The translations under genes were made by a program, and so were the position numbers. From assembly GCA_020137815.1 (NCBI GenBank), contig CM035356.1, positions 5,952,001 through 6,016,000 on the forward strand: a DNA stretch of 64,000 bases. The letters run 5' to 3'. The DNA is from Hormiphora californensis (Eukaryota > Animalia > Ctenophora). Positions 46,345-57,948 of the stretch are shown here, in pieces. Position 1 is the first letter of the stretch, and each line of letters opens with the position of its first letter. The notes below the pieces were generated by a model. That model saw nothing but the letters and a program-made list of their open reading frames with translations. It searched no databases and was not told where the DNA came from.

Positions 46345-46646
46345 AGAGGGAGGAGAGTGATAGAGAGAGATAGAGAGAGAGGTATAATGGTGATTTCAAG
46401 CTCCGTATTATAATGTATGCAAATATCAAAATAAGGATGAATTCCGTGGACTATTAGTTTTCAGTTTTGTAATTAAAATTATATTAGAACTGTAATTGGC
46501 TTTTATACTTGTGTCAAAATTACTGCACAATATAAATCTTTTTACTTTTTCTAACTTTTTCATCATTTGTTTAAAAAATAGTACATACTTGTACTATAAT
46601 TTTACTGTAATTCTAGCAGTACTAACATTCATATTTGATTACTTAC

Positions 46647-47293
46647 CCATGGTAGACTCCATCCGGGTTAGAAAGTTGTCTGGTGAGTTGGTGAATACTC
46701 CATATATCGATAGTTTTTCCCTTGTTATACTCACTCTCCACCGCCCCCATCTCCCTTTTAATCGCATCTGCCGTCATTAGGGGGGCAACGAAGAACTGCG
46801 CCAAGACATCCATAGTACCCTTCAAGTTGTTATTCACATAGGCAAAGTAGTTGGTGACCTCGTAATCTGTATAAGCGGATATTCCCCCTCCTGCCTTGTT
46901 CACCACCTCATCAGCATAGTTCATCGCGGGAAACTTCTCTGTGCCCATGAAGAGGAGGTGTTCGAGGAAGTGGGCAGTGCCTGCTGGGAACCCTCCCGCC
47001 CGATCACCCAGGTGACCCACACCAACGTTAACCGCAACAGCGTGCTGGGTTGCCATGGCGTCCTGAACGAGCGTCATCCGGAGGCTGTTGTTTTGGAGTG
47101 TGATCGCTCTGTACGCTCGGTTATCGTTATCAGATGAGATAATACTGCCCGTCGGCGGGCTGGAAGATCTTAGAACCCGGAGGTAGATAAAGACTGTGAC
47201 GGTGCAGAGGACTAACAGGACTGCAATCAGGGTGATCAGCCCTATCTTTCTACGGGTCGTGGCTCTGTCCGCGAGCGGCATGTATTTTGTCAT
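46647..47293 (-). CDS. M16A variable cassette B: single exon, TM anchor, intact catalytic domain
   Basis: TM IGLITLIAVLLVLCTVTVFIYL; GTAHFLEHLLFMGTEKFP; REMGAVESE. Ends VYH-GG|GTAAGT (phase 2). Spliced to the constant exons it gives ~1020 aa. Confidence 0.92.
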
Positions 47294-47773
47294 ATCGAGG
47301 TGACACAGGGTGAAAACTTTGTCCGGGGGATTGTGTTCCGGGATATACTATTGTCTGCTTGTTTCGTATTGTAACAGAATTACGAAAGATGAGTCCCGAG
47401 ATGATCACTGCAGGTAGACGCGATGTGGCAGATATCTGGTCCGGATTTATCAGCCGGGCAAGTTAATTACATTGGAACACGGCGTGTCCGGGCTATTGTA
47501 GGGAGGAAAACGGAGTTTAGTTAGTTATATTTTACAGATAATCTGCAACAGAATGTTATTTGTTTACAGCTTGACAGGTTTGTTCGCCATAAATTGTCAA
47601 TTAAAGGGCAACAATCATGGGGGCTCCTGCAATTGGAGATATTTATTATAACCGGGGGGACATATTAATATTACATAATACAAGGCACAAGCTCAAGATT
47701 TGCTCGACATCTCAGTAATACTCCGTCCCTATAATAAAGGGATGATGTGACAAATTCCCAGTGAGAGAAATAG

Positions 47774-47866
<93 letters not shown>

Positions 47867-49433
47867 AGAAGAAGAAAGAGAGATGGTGTCAACAAAAAGG
47901 GGAATGAATTCACGAGAACTATCAGCAGAGAGGATCGAGTGAGGGTTTCGCCAAAATATATTAAGACAAAGGTGGATGTTAGTTATGGAGGTGTCAAAAT
48001 GAAGCTGCAATATTCAATAATATAGGAAGTGGAAGAAGCTTTGTTCAAGCGAATCTTCCGGTAGGTAAACCGATAAGTGAGAAATCTGAGAGAGAAAGAG
48101 AGCGAGGGAGGGAGAGAAAGAGATTTTACTGAGGACAAGCTTGTTATGTTCTAACCTTCCTTTCATTTGTAAGGAGGATCGACCAAGGCAAGGACAAGCT
48201 TGAAGCTGGAAGAATTTAACAATTCTGTCAAGAAAACAAACAGGTACAGCCGGTGAACGTTCGTCTACAGTAAATTGTCGGCATGTCGAGCTACCTTTAG
48301 GGCTTCAATGAACCCTTCAAGTGAAGCCGCTTCATTCGGTGTGTTAAACATCGAGCATGGAGTGCAAACTGACAGTTCTCTCTTTCAGGGAAAACCAGGC
48401 CGACAGTTCTCTCCTGCAGGACAAACCAGGCTGACAGTTCTATTGGACAAACCAGATAACTTCAGAATCTATCTTTTATAACTTGAAAATTGACGTCGTG
48501 GCCGTTCGTTCAGAATAAATTAAACAGTGGAGGCCTCAACAAGGTTAAGCAGCAACTCAATTACTCCAGTGACAAAATGGGAAAGGTTTGGAACGATCTC
48601 TGCAGGTGTCATTTTCAGCTATAACTACTAAAATTGGCTGCCTTATAGACGCAGTAAAGTATACACACTGGGGCAAATTTACTGGTCTATAAAAAAGTAC
48701 CGGCTTACTTTACTATTTTGGTAAACGCGCTGCACTGTGTGTTATAAAGCTGATACACACCCTGAATGTAGGTGTTGTTACTCTTGTTTGTTTTCATTTG
48801 CAGCATGTAGATATATAATCGTTATACAGAGTGTATGCAGGCAAAGATTACAAGGTTGAAGGCGAGAATCAGGCGATGATAGATTCTAATTAAACTTCGA
48901 GGTTCTTGTGTACAGTTGGACCCCGATTTAACGGCACCTCGATTTAACGGACAAAACCCTTTCACCCGAGCATCCCGGTAAATCAGGGTTCGACTGTAAA
49001 ATATAGAAGCGTAAGTCAGAAAAAACCGACTGGTGTTGTTTCTACAGTTTGATTACGTTAAAATATGAAGCACAGCTACTGCAGAGCATCTAAGACACTG
49101 GGCTGCAGCATATACCTCTTCGACTAATTAATGAGCACTGAGGTTTTATCAAAACGAGGCGGCCAGGTCTTCACATCCTAATTATGGTCGGATTATGGGT
49201 GTTGTTGATAATGTGAGAGGGGAGAGAGATTGAGATGAGGAAAATTTGGACTGTCGCCAGTGTTGATAAGTGATAGCTCTAGCTGTATTTCTATTCTGAT
49301 CGCTCTATGTATAAGTATTTGGTATTTGCAAACAGCAGAATGATGACAGGATTTTCAGAAAAGGATCTTTCGCATACACCCCTAACCTAATGTGCAGGAT
49401 CTTAGTTTGTGGTGCTACCTGTCAGGTGCTACA

Positions 49434-49586
<153 letters not shown>

Positions 49587-50500
49587 AGACAGGGAGACAG
49601 AGAGGGAGAAAGAGAGAAGTGGCAGAGAAGTGACATAGACAGAGAAAAGGATGCTGAGATTGTGATGGCTCGGATGAAAATATTTCAAAAAGTAACTCTA
49701 CAGTTAAATGCTAAAGGGTTTAAAAATATCAGCAATTCTAGGAGATTGTAAAACTCTTTTACCATTTGGCTAGCTACTTAGCCCTCAAATTGTGTACAAG
49801 AGGGAATTGATTCACCTGCAGCAGTATATCACTCGGTGCGTCGTTCAAAGGCTTCTCTAGATGATGAAATGAGACATATATTCATATTGATATTTTGGAC
49901 CCACGAAGTCACTGCATAGACATGATGGGATTGGGTCAACAAGCAATGGAGAAGCTACTGCGTGGGTAATTAAATGTTCGTAAGGTGCAAAAAGAATTAA
50001 TGCTATTTCGCATCTAGAGATATGAGTGCACGCAAAAGCTTTAATTCCGAGGTCCATGGACGCGGGGTTTTGAGATAGGATGAGGAACGGGGGGGGGAGT
50101 GAAAGGAGAGGGAAAGGGGGAAGAGAGGGGAAGAGGAGAGAGGGGAGGAGGAGAAGGGGGGAGAGAGAAGAGAGAGGGAGCAAGGAGGGGGAGAGGAGGG
50201 GGGGGGGAAGAGGGAAATGGGGGGGAAAAAGGGGGAGGAGCGGGGGGGGCGAGAGAGAGAAAGAGGAGGGGGGAAAAGAGCCCAAAAGGGGGGGGGGGGG
50301 GGGGGGAGAGGAGGAAGGGTGTTTGGGTTGTGGAAAAAATTGGGGGTTGATATAGGGTGCAAGGGTTCAAGCTTAAAAAGCCTGCTCCGCCATTCGGGGA
50401 TTTTTTTATTTAAAACCTCTCCAGCAATTGGGGGATGAACAAGTTCAAAGGAAAACAGACGACGATGTACAAAGTTCAAGAAACAACCACTAAAATGACA

Positions 50501-50531
<31 letters not shown>

Positions 50532-50789
50532 ACAAAGTGCCGACAGTGGGGTAGGGCGGCACGTCTCCCCCGTAGGGTGGTAGGGTGTAGGGTTAATTGG
50601 CGTGGCAAAGCGCACATCGTTTGAAAATTAGGGGCAAGGGAAGACTCTTCCGTGGGCAGCTTGTCTCTCTCTCCCCCTCTTGCAGTGGTGGTAGTATAAC
50701 TCAGCTCAATTTGTATCTATAATGTACAGGGAATGAACAGCAACACGCCCCTTCCTCCGTTACAACACGCTCTTAAGGTTTTGGGTTCT

Positions 50790-51936
50790 TATTAAAGAAC
50801 TAGGTTGACACCCAAAGGACCAGACCATACCACACCTCCACCGCCATGCCAGGGGGTTGGGAAACAAAGTAACGATAGACGAGTTTTCGATTGTAGTGAA
50901 TTGCAATGAAGAATAGAAATATGAATGCAAGTTATATACAGAAACTTATCTAGAATCACATGACTGTTATCACTAAGACATTAAGACAAGTACTGGGTTA
51001 TGGGGTGAGGCCTTATATGAGGCGTGATTCTCATGTATAGTGGTATTGCTACTACCGTGTCAATACACACTATAACATATGCCCCTGACAAAAAAGAATT
51101 GTCTTTTGAGTTCGTAATTGGACTCAAAATACAATCAAAAATATCAATCACGTTTACGTAATCAGGAAATTAAATATCCTAATAAACTCGATTGTCAATT
51201 CTCTACCAACCGCTAAAATTTTATTCCCTGGCACCAACATAAAAGCTAAAATTTAAAATAAAATGTCCATTCTACCAAAATGTCCGTAAATATCTGGCCC
51301 TAAACACACTCACACTCACACTGCCCATCCGCCACCTCCACCGACCATAGAGTAGGATAGTCTCCCCAACTGGCTCCAATCTACAAAAAACCAGCTGACT
51401 ACTGTCACACTGTCCTGAGCTAAGCAGGACTACTTCCCCAGGATTGGGGGACTGCCGGCCATCTCATTCTCCTCTAGGCCTGGACTCCACTCGCCACTCA
51501 ACAATCCACGCACAAATCCTGGGTACAGGGGGAGAACACGCGACAGGTAAACTCCTGCTCCTACTGACCAGCGTCTAGCTGCCTATCTCGGTGAAGATTG
51601 GGGATGGAGATGAGGGTCACGGGTTCGTGTCCCGTATCAGGCTCCATTTATTAAAGAACTAGGTTGACACCCAAAGGACCAGACCATACCACACCTCCAC
51701 CGCCATGCCAGGGGGTTGGGAAACAAAGTAACGATAGACGAGTTTTCGATTGTAGTGAATTGCAATGAAGAATAGAAATATGAATGCAAGTTATATACAG
51801 AAACTTATCTAGAATCACATGACTGTTATCACTAAGACATTAAGACAAGTACTGGGTTATGGGGTGAGGCCTTATATGAGGCGTGATTCTCATGTATAGT
51901 GGTATTGCTACTACCGTGTCAATACACACTATAACA
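50790..51936 (-). mobile_element. Non-autonomous miniature LTR retrotransposon (TRIM-like)
   Basis: Two apparently identical 288-bp LTRs (50790-51077, 51649-51936; TGT...ATA on the minus strand). TSD TTCT on both sides. tRNA-complementary PBS at 51611-51646. Non-coding ~570-bp interior. Confidence 0.9.
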
Positions 51937-52620
51937 TTCTAAAACACTACAACACGGCATTCCTACCTGTTCGTTTAGCTCATTTGGGTTCTAAAATGCT
52001 CGATGCGGGCGACGATGTGTGATACTGTTTCAAAAGTAATGCGACGTAGCAAACAAGACAAATAGCGGTTCATAACTAATGGAAGTAGAAAAGTTTGGAA
52101 ACTACGAAAGCAGATTAATCAATATATATACCAAACTCTCACGCCCTCTTATATGGAAAGGTTGCAACGAGGCGGGAGGGGCTACAACATTCACTCATGA
52201 TCAGTGAGTTGTTTGGGTAAGTAAATACCATGCACGTCATGATGTAGATGAAGGAGAGCTTTTTTGTTGAGTAAGGGGGAAGAGCTTTTAGAAGGTTTGC
52301 AAAAACTAAAAGCTCCCTCTCTATTATAGATCCCTCTCTATCTCTTGCTCATCAAAGAAATATAGTTGTGGTTGATGTCATCAAGAGAACAAATTCAAGA
52401 AATATTTTAGAAAAATTTCTCCTGTGCGAAAATCTTCCACGCCAGAGGCAGAACTATAGTTTTTATTCATTTCATGGATGCGGATGTTCAAATTTTTCCA
52501 GATAATTTAGTTTCTGATTCTACAATTACATACAGTGCAATGGCTTGTTATGTTCTAACCCTCCTTTACATTTGTAAACAGAGTCTAGCTAGGCAAGCAA
52601 TGGCACGATTTAAAACTAAC

Positions 52621-54766
52621 CTGTGTAATGGGTGTCGGGGGCTGGAGCTAACTTCAATAATTGCCTGGGAAGCCCAACTATTCTGGTTTACATCTTTTCC
52701 CCATTCACTTTCAATTGCGTGAATCTCTCTGAAATTACACTGGCTGTTATAGAGCTGCAATTGGCCTAGTGGTTTACTGCTAAATAGTGAAAATATGGAT
52801 CGTTATAGGAGAATATGGATCGTTATAGGACAGATCATGTACATTCTATGAACACAAAGGTATACAGTCGGACCCCGATTTACCGGGATGCTCAGTGGTT
52901 TCGCACGGTAAAATGGTAAATTGGGGTTTCAGTTAATCGGGGTCCGACTATAGTTCCCTGAAATGTAGGTCCTTACTTTTCAATGGCCTCCATATCGATG
53001 AGGGGATCCACAAAGAACCTGGAGAGGACCCATGTTGTCTCATTGAGCTTTGAATTCTTCGTCTCAAAGAAGTAGTTTGTGTCCTCCTTGTCGGTAAAGG
53101 CATTAGCCATACCGTTATCTAAAGAAGGATGATTATTTAGCATCTCGGGAACATCGGTGAATCGAGAGTTTGTTTGTTTGTTTGCTAAGACTGGAACTAA
53201 GAGGAACCTGGGAAGTGGGATACTAGATTCTCCCCCTCATTTTGGTCTTTCTTGCTTACAGTTTTCTTTACTTACTGTTTCTGATGAGGATATCATAGTA
53301 ATTTTGAACTGGATACATTCGAGAACCCATAAACAGGAGATGTTCAAGAAAATGCGCCAAACCGTTGTACCTGAAAATGATGTAAGATCTTTAGTTAGCC
53401 ACAAAAGATTCAAGTTTTACTCGATATATGCAATAAAAACGGATTTTCAATAGTATGTAGGGGTTAGAAATGTTTGATTTCACCACTATTCTCACTAAAC
53501 TGCCGTTATTTCACTAACCCGACAGGTTCATTGAAGCTGCCCGCATGAACATTGACTCCACATGCTGATTTAACGGCGTCTTTATCACTAACAAGTGTAA
53601 ACCGGATACCCGATGGGAGTGAGAAGGCCCTGTATAACCTGGCATCACTTTCTGACTTTATAATACGACTTCCCTGAGGAAATATAAGTTGATTATTGTT
53701 AGGGCCATCCAGCCTCCGTGCAAAAGGTAGTATGGAAAATCCATCCAATGCCATGTGGAATAGAAGTTCAGGAATTGATGAAATTCAAGCAAATTATAGC
53801 CTTTCCCTTGAAGTATTTCAAATAAAACACTCGATCAATATCCCACCAGATCAACATCAGTATCGATCTTTACATCTAGATCTTTATCCAGATCTTTATA
53901 TCTAGATCACTTACAGCACGGTGATTGAAGTAGAAAGCTGCGATGGTAACCCCGACAACAATAAACACAACCAGAATTATTGGTATCATGTATTTCCGGG
54001 TGGGTGGTTGCCGTTTCCACCGGTAATAGGTAAAAAGGGCTGTTTGGTAGAAGGGTGGTGGCGCTGAGACATCCTCCTCTAGTCCATGATACTCAACAGT
54101 CGCCTGGAAACAGAGAGAAATCTAAAGAAAGTATAATTTGAAGTTGAAAAACAAAATAAACTCAGGTTTAACATTGTTAAAGTGAGAGTGGACCGAATCA
54201 GAATCAGACAAGTTTGTTGTAGGTAGTAGAGATTAGCTTTCTGAGCATTTTGCGTTTTTGCCGCTCAAAATCGACCCACCCATCACTGAGATATTTTTGT
54301 TATGTTGGGAGAACTCCTGTTTAATCAGTATGTATAAAACAGAAAAGAAACAATCGTGGTGTTTTACTAACACATTCTGAATATAAGCAGTGAGGTTGAC
54401 ATGTCCATGCACAGAAGCAGGGCAATGCAAGCCAGCATATTCAAAATTTAAAGAATGTGTTAGTAAAACACAAGGATTGTTTCTATCCTGTTTGATAAAT
54501 ATTGATCCAGCAGGAATTCTCCCAACATAACAAAGATATCTCAGTGATGGGTGGGTCGATTTTGAGCGGCAAAAACGCAAAATGCTCAGAAAGCTAATCT
54601 CTACTACCTACAACAATTTTATCCGATTCTGATTCGGTCCACTCTCACTTTAAGTAACGGCTGAGTTTGGACGCACGTCTCTGAATCGGGGTGACGTGCA
54701 CATATCTCAAATGTTTACCTCAATATTATCGTCTATCTCAAAAGTTTCCTTTCCATCTTCTGACAT
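52621..54766 (-). CDS. M16A variable cassette C: six exons, TM anchor, intact catalytic domain
   Basis: Exons 54766-54719, 54103-53915, 53673-53519, 53370-53276, 53118-52977, 52728-52621 are phase-consistent. TM MIPIILVVFIVVGVTIAAFYF; GLAHFLEHLLFMGSRMYP; NAFTDKEDTNYFF; KEIHAIESE. Ends HPLH-AG|GTTAGT (phase 2). Gives ~1050 aa with the constant exons. Confidence 0.9.
54181..54649. mobile_element. TTAA-flanked MITE with ~140-bp TIRs (Kolobok-like), intronic
   Basis: AGTGAGAGTGGACCGAATCAG... / ...CTGATTCGGTCCACTCTCACT, with TTAA on both sides. Confidence 0.85.
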
Positions 54767-56790
54767 TACTACTCAGCGGAACTGTAGTGAGTCCGGGGCT
54801 ATATCCGGGGTATTACTACCTGTAGTGAGTCCGGGCCGTTATCTACAACAAAGAAGTAGGTATGAATTAAATCATTTCTGATTATCTTGAAAAGAGTTCA
54901 TATCAGTCTGTGGTAACAAATACAAAACCAGATGGTCTGTTTTGAGTCGCTTGCCATCTGCTGTTTTGAGACACGTAGGTACATACCACTTTTGGTTTTG
55001 TAAAATGAAATATGGACTACTATACTGACTACAACTATTATACAGTACACATGATAATCTAGCAGTTCAACATAATTCATCAACGTGGTGTAAATTCGAC
55101 ATGTGTACATGAATACATGTGAGTGTACAATTTACACTTACCTTAGTTACTAATCACGTTCCTCTTCTCTCTTCCTCTTCTTAATTAATTCATGATCTAC
55201 CACAACAAAGCAGCGGGTGAATGTCAAAGCAAGTTGAGGAGACAAAAGCAAGTTAAAATGCCAGTTGTTTATAATTAATATAATCGTGTACTGCACGCCT
55301 CTCTTTAACTCACACACACATACACGAGAGTGCAAAACAATTATGTTGATCTTTCGAGAAAGGAAGTAAGGCGAGAATTATAATGAGGGTGCCGCCCATT
55401 GTGGGACAGTTAGAGGTAGGTACAGCAATTATAGGTTGACGTTACAGAAGAATTACTAAAGTAATCATAAAAAGGTTATTTTATTTATTAAAGTAGATTG
55501 TTTAGAGTTAAAATTTAATCAATATACCTGTACGAACTTGTGTATAAATGGCATAAAACGTGTTTGTAAAGAAAAGATTGCCATGTAGGGGATAATGACG
55601 GCTATAGAAAGCATGAAGAGATATACAGCTAGAGATGGGTGAGGGAGACATAGTCCACAGAGAGGGAGACAGAGAGACAGAGAGACATAGAGGGTGACGG
55701 AGAGACATAGAGGGTGACGGAGAGATATACAGCTAGAGATGGGTGAGGGAGACATAGTCCAGAGAGAGGGAGACAGAGAGAAGTGGTGAGGAGACAGAGA
55801 GACGTCTTGAGGGCGATGGAGAGATATAACAGCTTGAGATAGATAGATATAGGGAGACAGAGATACGAGGAAGATATTTCTATAGACAGAGATGCAGTGA
55901 GCAGGCAAAGAGAAAGATAGAGACATTAAAACACAGAAATAGAGAGGGAACGCAACAGGTATTCTATATAGAGTTATGAGCGTTATTATAATAAAATATC
56001 AGGATATTTTAACAGACTAAGTGGTTTGTTTGAGAGACATAAATGAATTTCTAAGAGCTCAAAATGTATTGAAAAGAAATAACGCCTTCATTCACGGAGA
56101 CCCAAATAAAGATTAGCTCTTGACGTGTCTGGGTACCCCATAAATTGTGAAATCAAAGAATTCAAAAAAACCATACCAAAGTTAGTGTAACCTGTAAGCT
56201 GTCAAAATAAATGCCAATGTAAAAAGCACACAGAGTATACAAGTAACAGCTAGAACTACAAATAAAGGTGACGACAGGAGGCTCACATATCAGAACAGGT
56301 GCAACTAACTGGAGGGGGAGGGCAATTAACACAGGGGGGGGGGGGCAATTAACACACGGGGGGGGGGGGGGGCAATTAACACAGGGGGGGTGCACCTTGA
56401 TGAGATAAGGGGTGCACCACTAAATGATCAGGGGCATGATAGGTAAATAGTGGCACTATAATATGGTAAAAGAGTTATACGACTGCTGATCACGAACTGT
56501 GCAATTCACGGTTCATTTTGTGAGAGTGACCCTCTCACTCATTTCACAAGTTCTAACTTGCCAAAAAATATCTTGCCATGAGAAATGGCCGGGCTCCAAC
56601 ATATTCTACTAGCCGGTAACACATGCCACATGGTAGACAAAGTGATTTGGCCTGGATAAGGAATTATAATAAATAGGGAGCTAATGGGGCCGGATAATAC
56701 CCAGAGATGTACAGGGGACTAAGTGCAACTATACAAGTGAAGGTTGAAGAAGTGATGTCCCGGATTATACTCCGTGAGATTATGTGAGAG

Positions 56791-56883
<93 letters not shown>

Positions 56884-57337
56884 TACAGAGCTCTCACTTC
56901 CAGAGTACATATACACATTACACGCACGTGATCATTTATGTATTATTCTGTGAGTGGAGAAATAAGAGAGGGATGAGAGAGAGAGAGAGATTTTAGAGAC
57001 GGAGAGATACAGAGAAAGAGAGAGAGACAGAGAGATCTGGGGAAGTTTAAGATCACGCCTAGGAAGCTGGAAGGGCCTATGCAATCGTAATGCTAACAGC
57101 TAATACAGAACACTATTCACCACTATCTCTTGTACGATTTCCAATCCGTACCGAGAGAAAAACTAAAAAGTAGAGAAAAACTGTCTTACACTAAATGTGC
57201 AAATAAAGCAATACCATTGTAAGCTGGTACTGGTCCGCAGATCACACATGTGACGGTGGTGAATAATGAGCAAGGAAACTCTTGCAGCTCTCAACATTCC
57301 ATTTCCTCTAATTTAGCCAAATGGAGGAGGGGTTTAA

Positions 57338-57453
57338 CGGCCTCCCTTGCACCTCGGGAGGTCAACAGTAGATCTGCGCGCACATCCCTGGGAGATCTCC
57401 CAGGGATGTGCGCGCAGATCTACTGTTGACCTCCCGAGGTGCAAGGGAGGCCG
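57338..57453. mobile_element. Perfect spacer-less 116-bp palindrome, TAA-flanked (Harbinger/Tourist-like MITE)
   Basis: CGGCCTCCC...GGAGA|TCTCC...GGGAGGCCG, with TAA on both sides. Confidence 0.8.
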
Positions 57454-57948
57454 TAAGTCCCCGGTCCCTTGGCACTTAAATCCTTATAAACTCGGCCGAT
57501 TATAACTATTTATGAATGGAAATTGCAACAATTCTACTCATTCTACGAGAGTGGTGGGTGAATACGACTGTTGTTACATACGCCATATTGTCAAAAGGAA
57601 AGCAAACGATAATTATTGAAATTGGATATTGGAAAAATTGTGCTCGAGGCGCGATTTAATTTCAAGCCGCCTTTAATTTATAATTTAACAAATTTGATAA
57701 CTGCCAAATACAATTCTCGAGTTCTCGATAAACTGCGAATAATTGTTCAATAGGAAGGATTTTCGAATTTAGCACTTGTTGCTCAATTTAACATCATTAT
57801 ATCAGCCTAAACTTCGAGAAAAAGTTGGGCTAAACTTTTCGTGTGATGGAATGGGATGGTGGGTGATGGGATGTGCTATGCATGTTGATAAACTTTACAA
57901 TTATAAAGGAGTATATTGTGCTCCTTCATAAAACTAAACACCACGTAC

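Noticed and set aside
51611-51646. tRNA gene
   Set aside because: Only the 3' half with encoded CCA, adjacent to an LTR. It is a primer-binding site.
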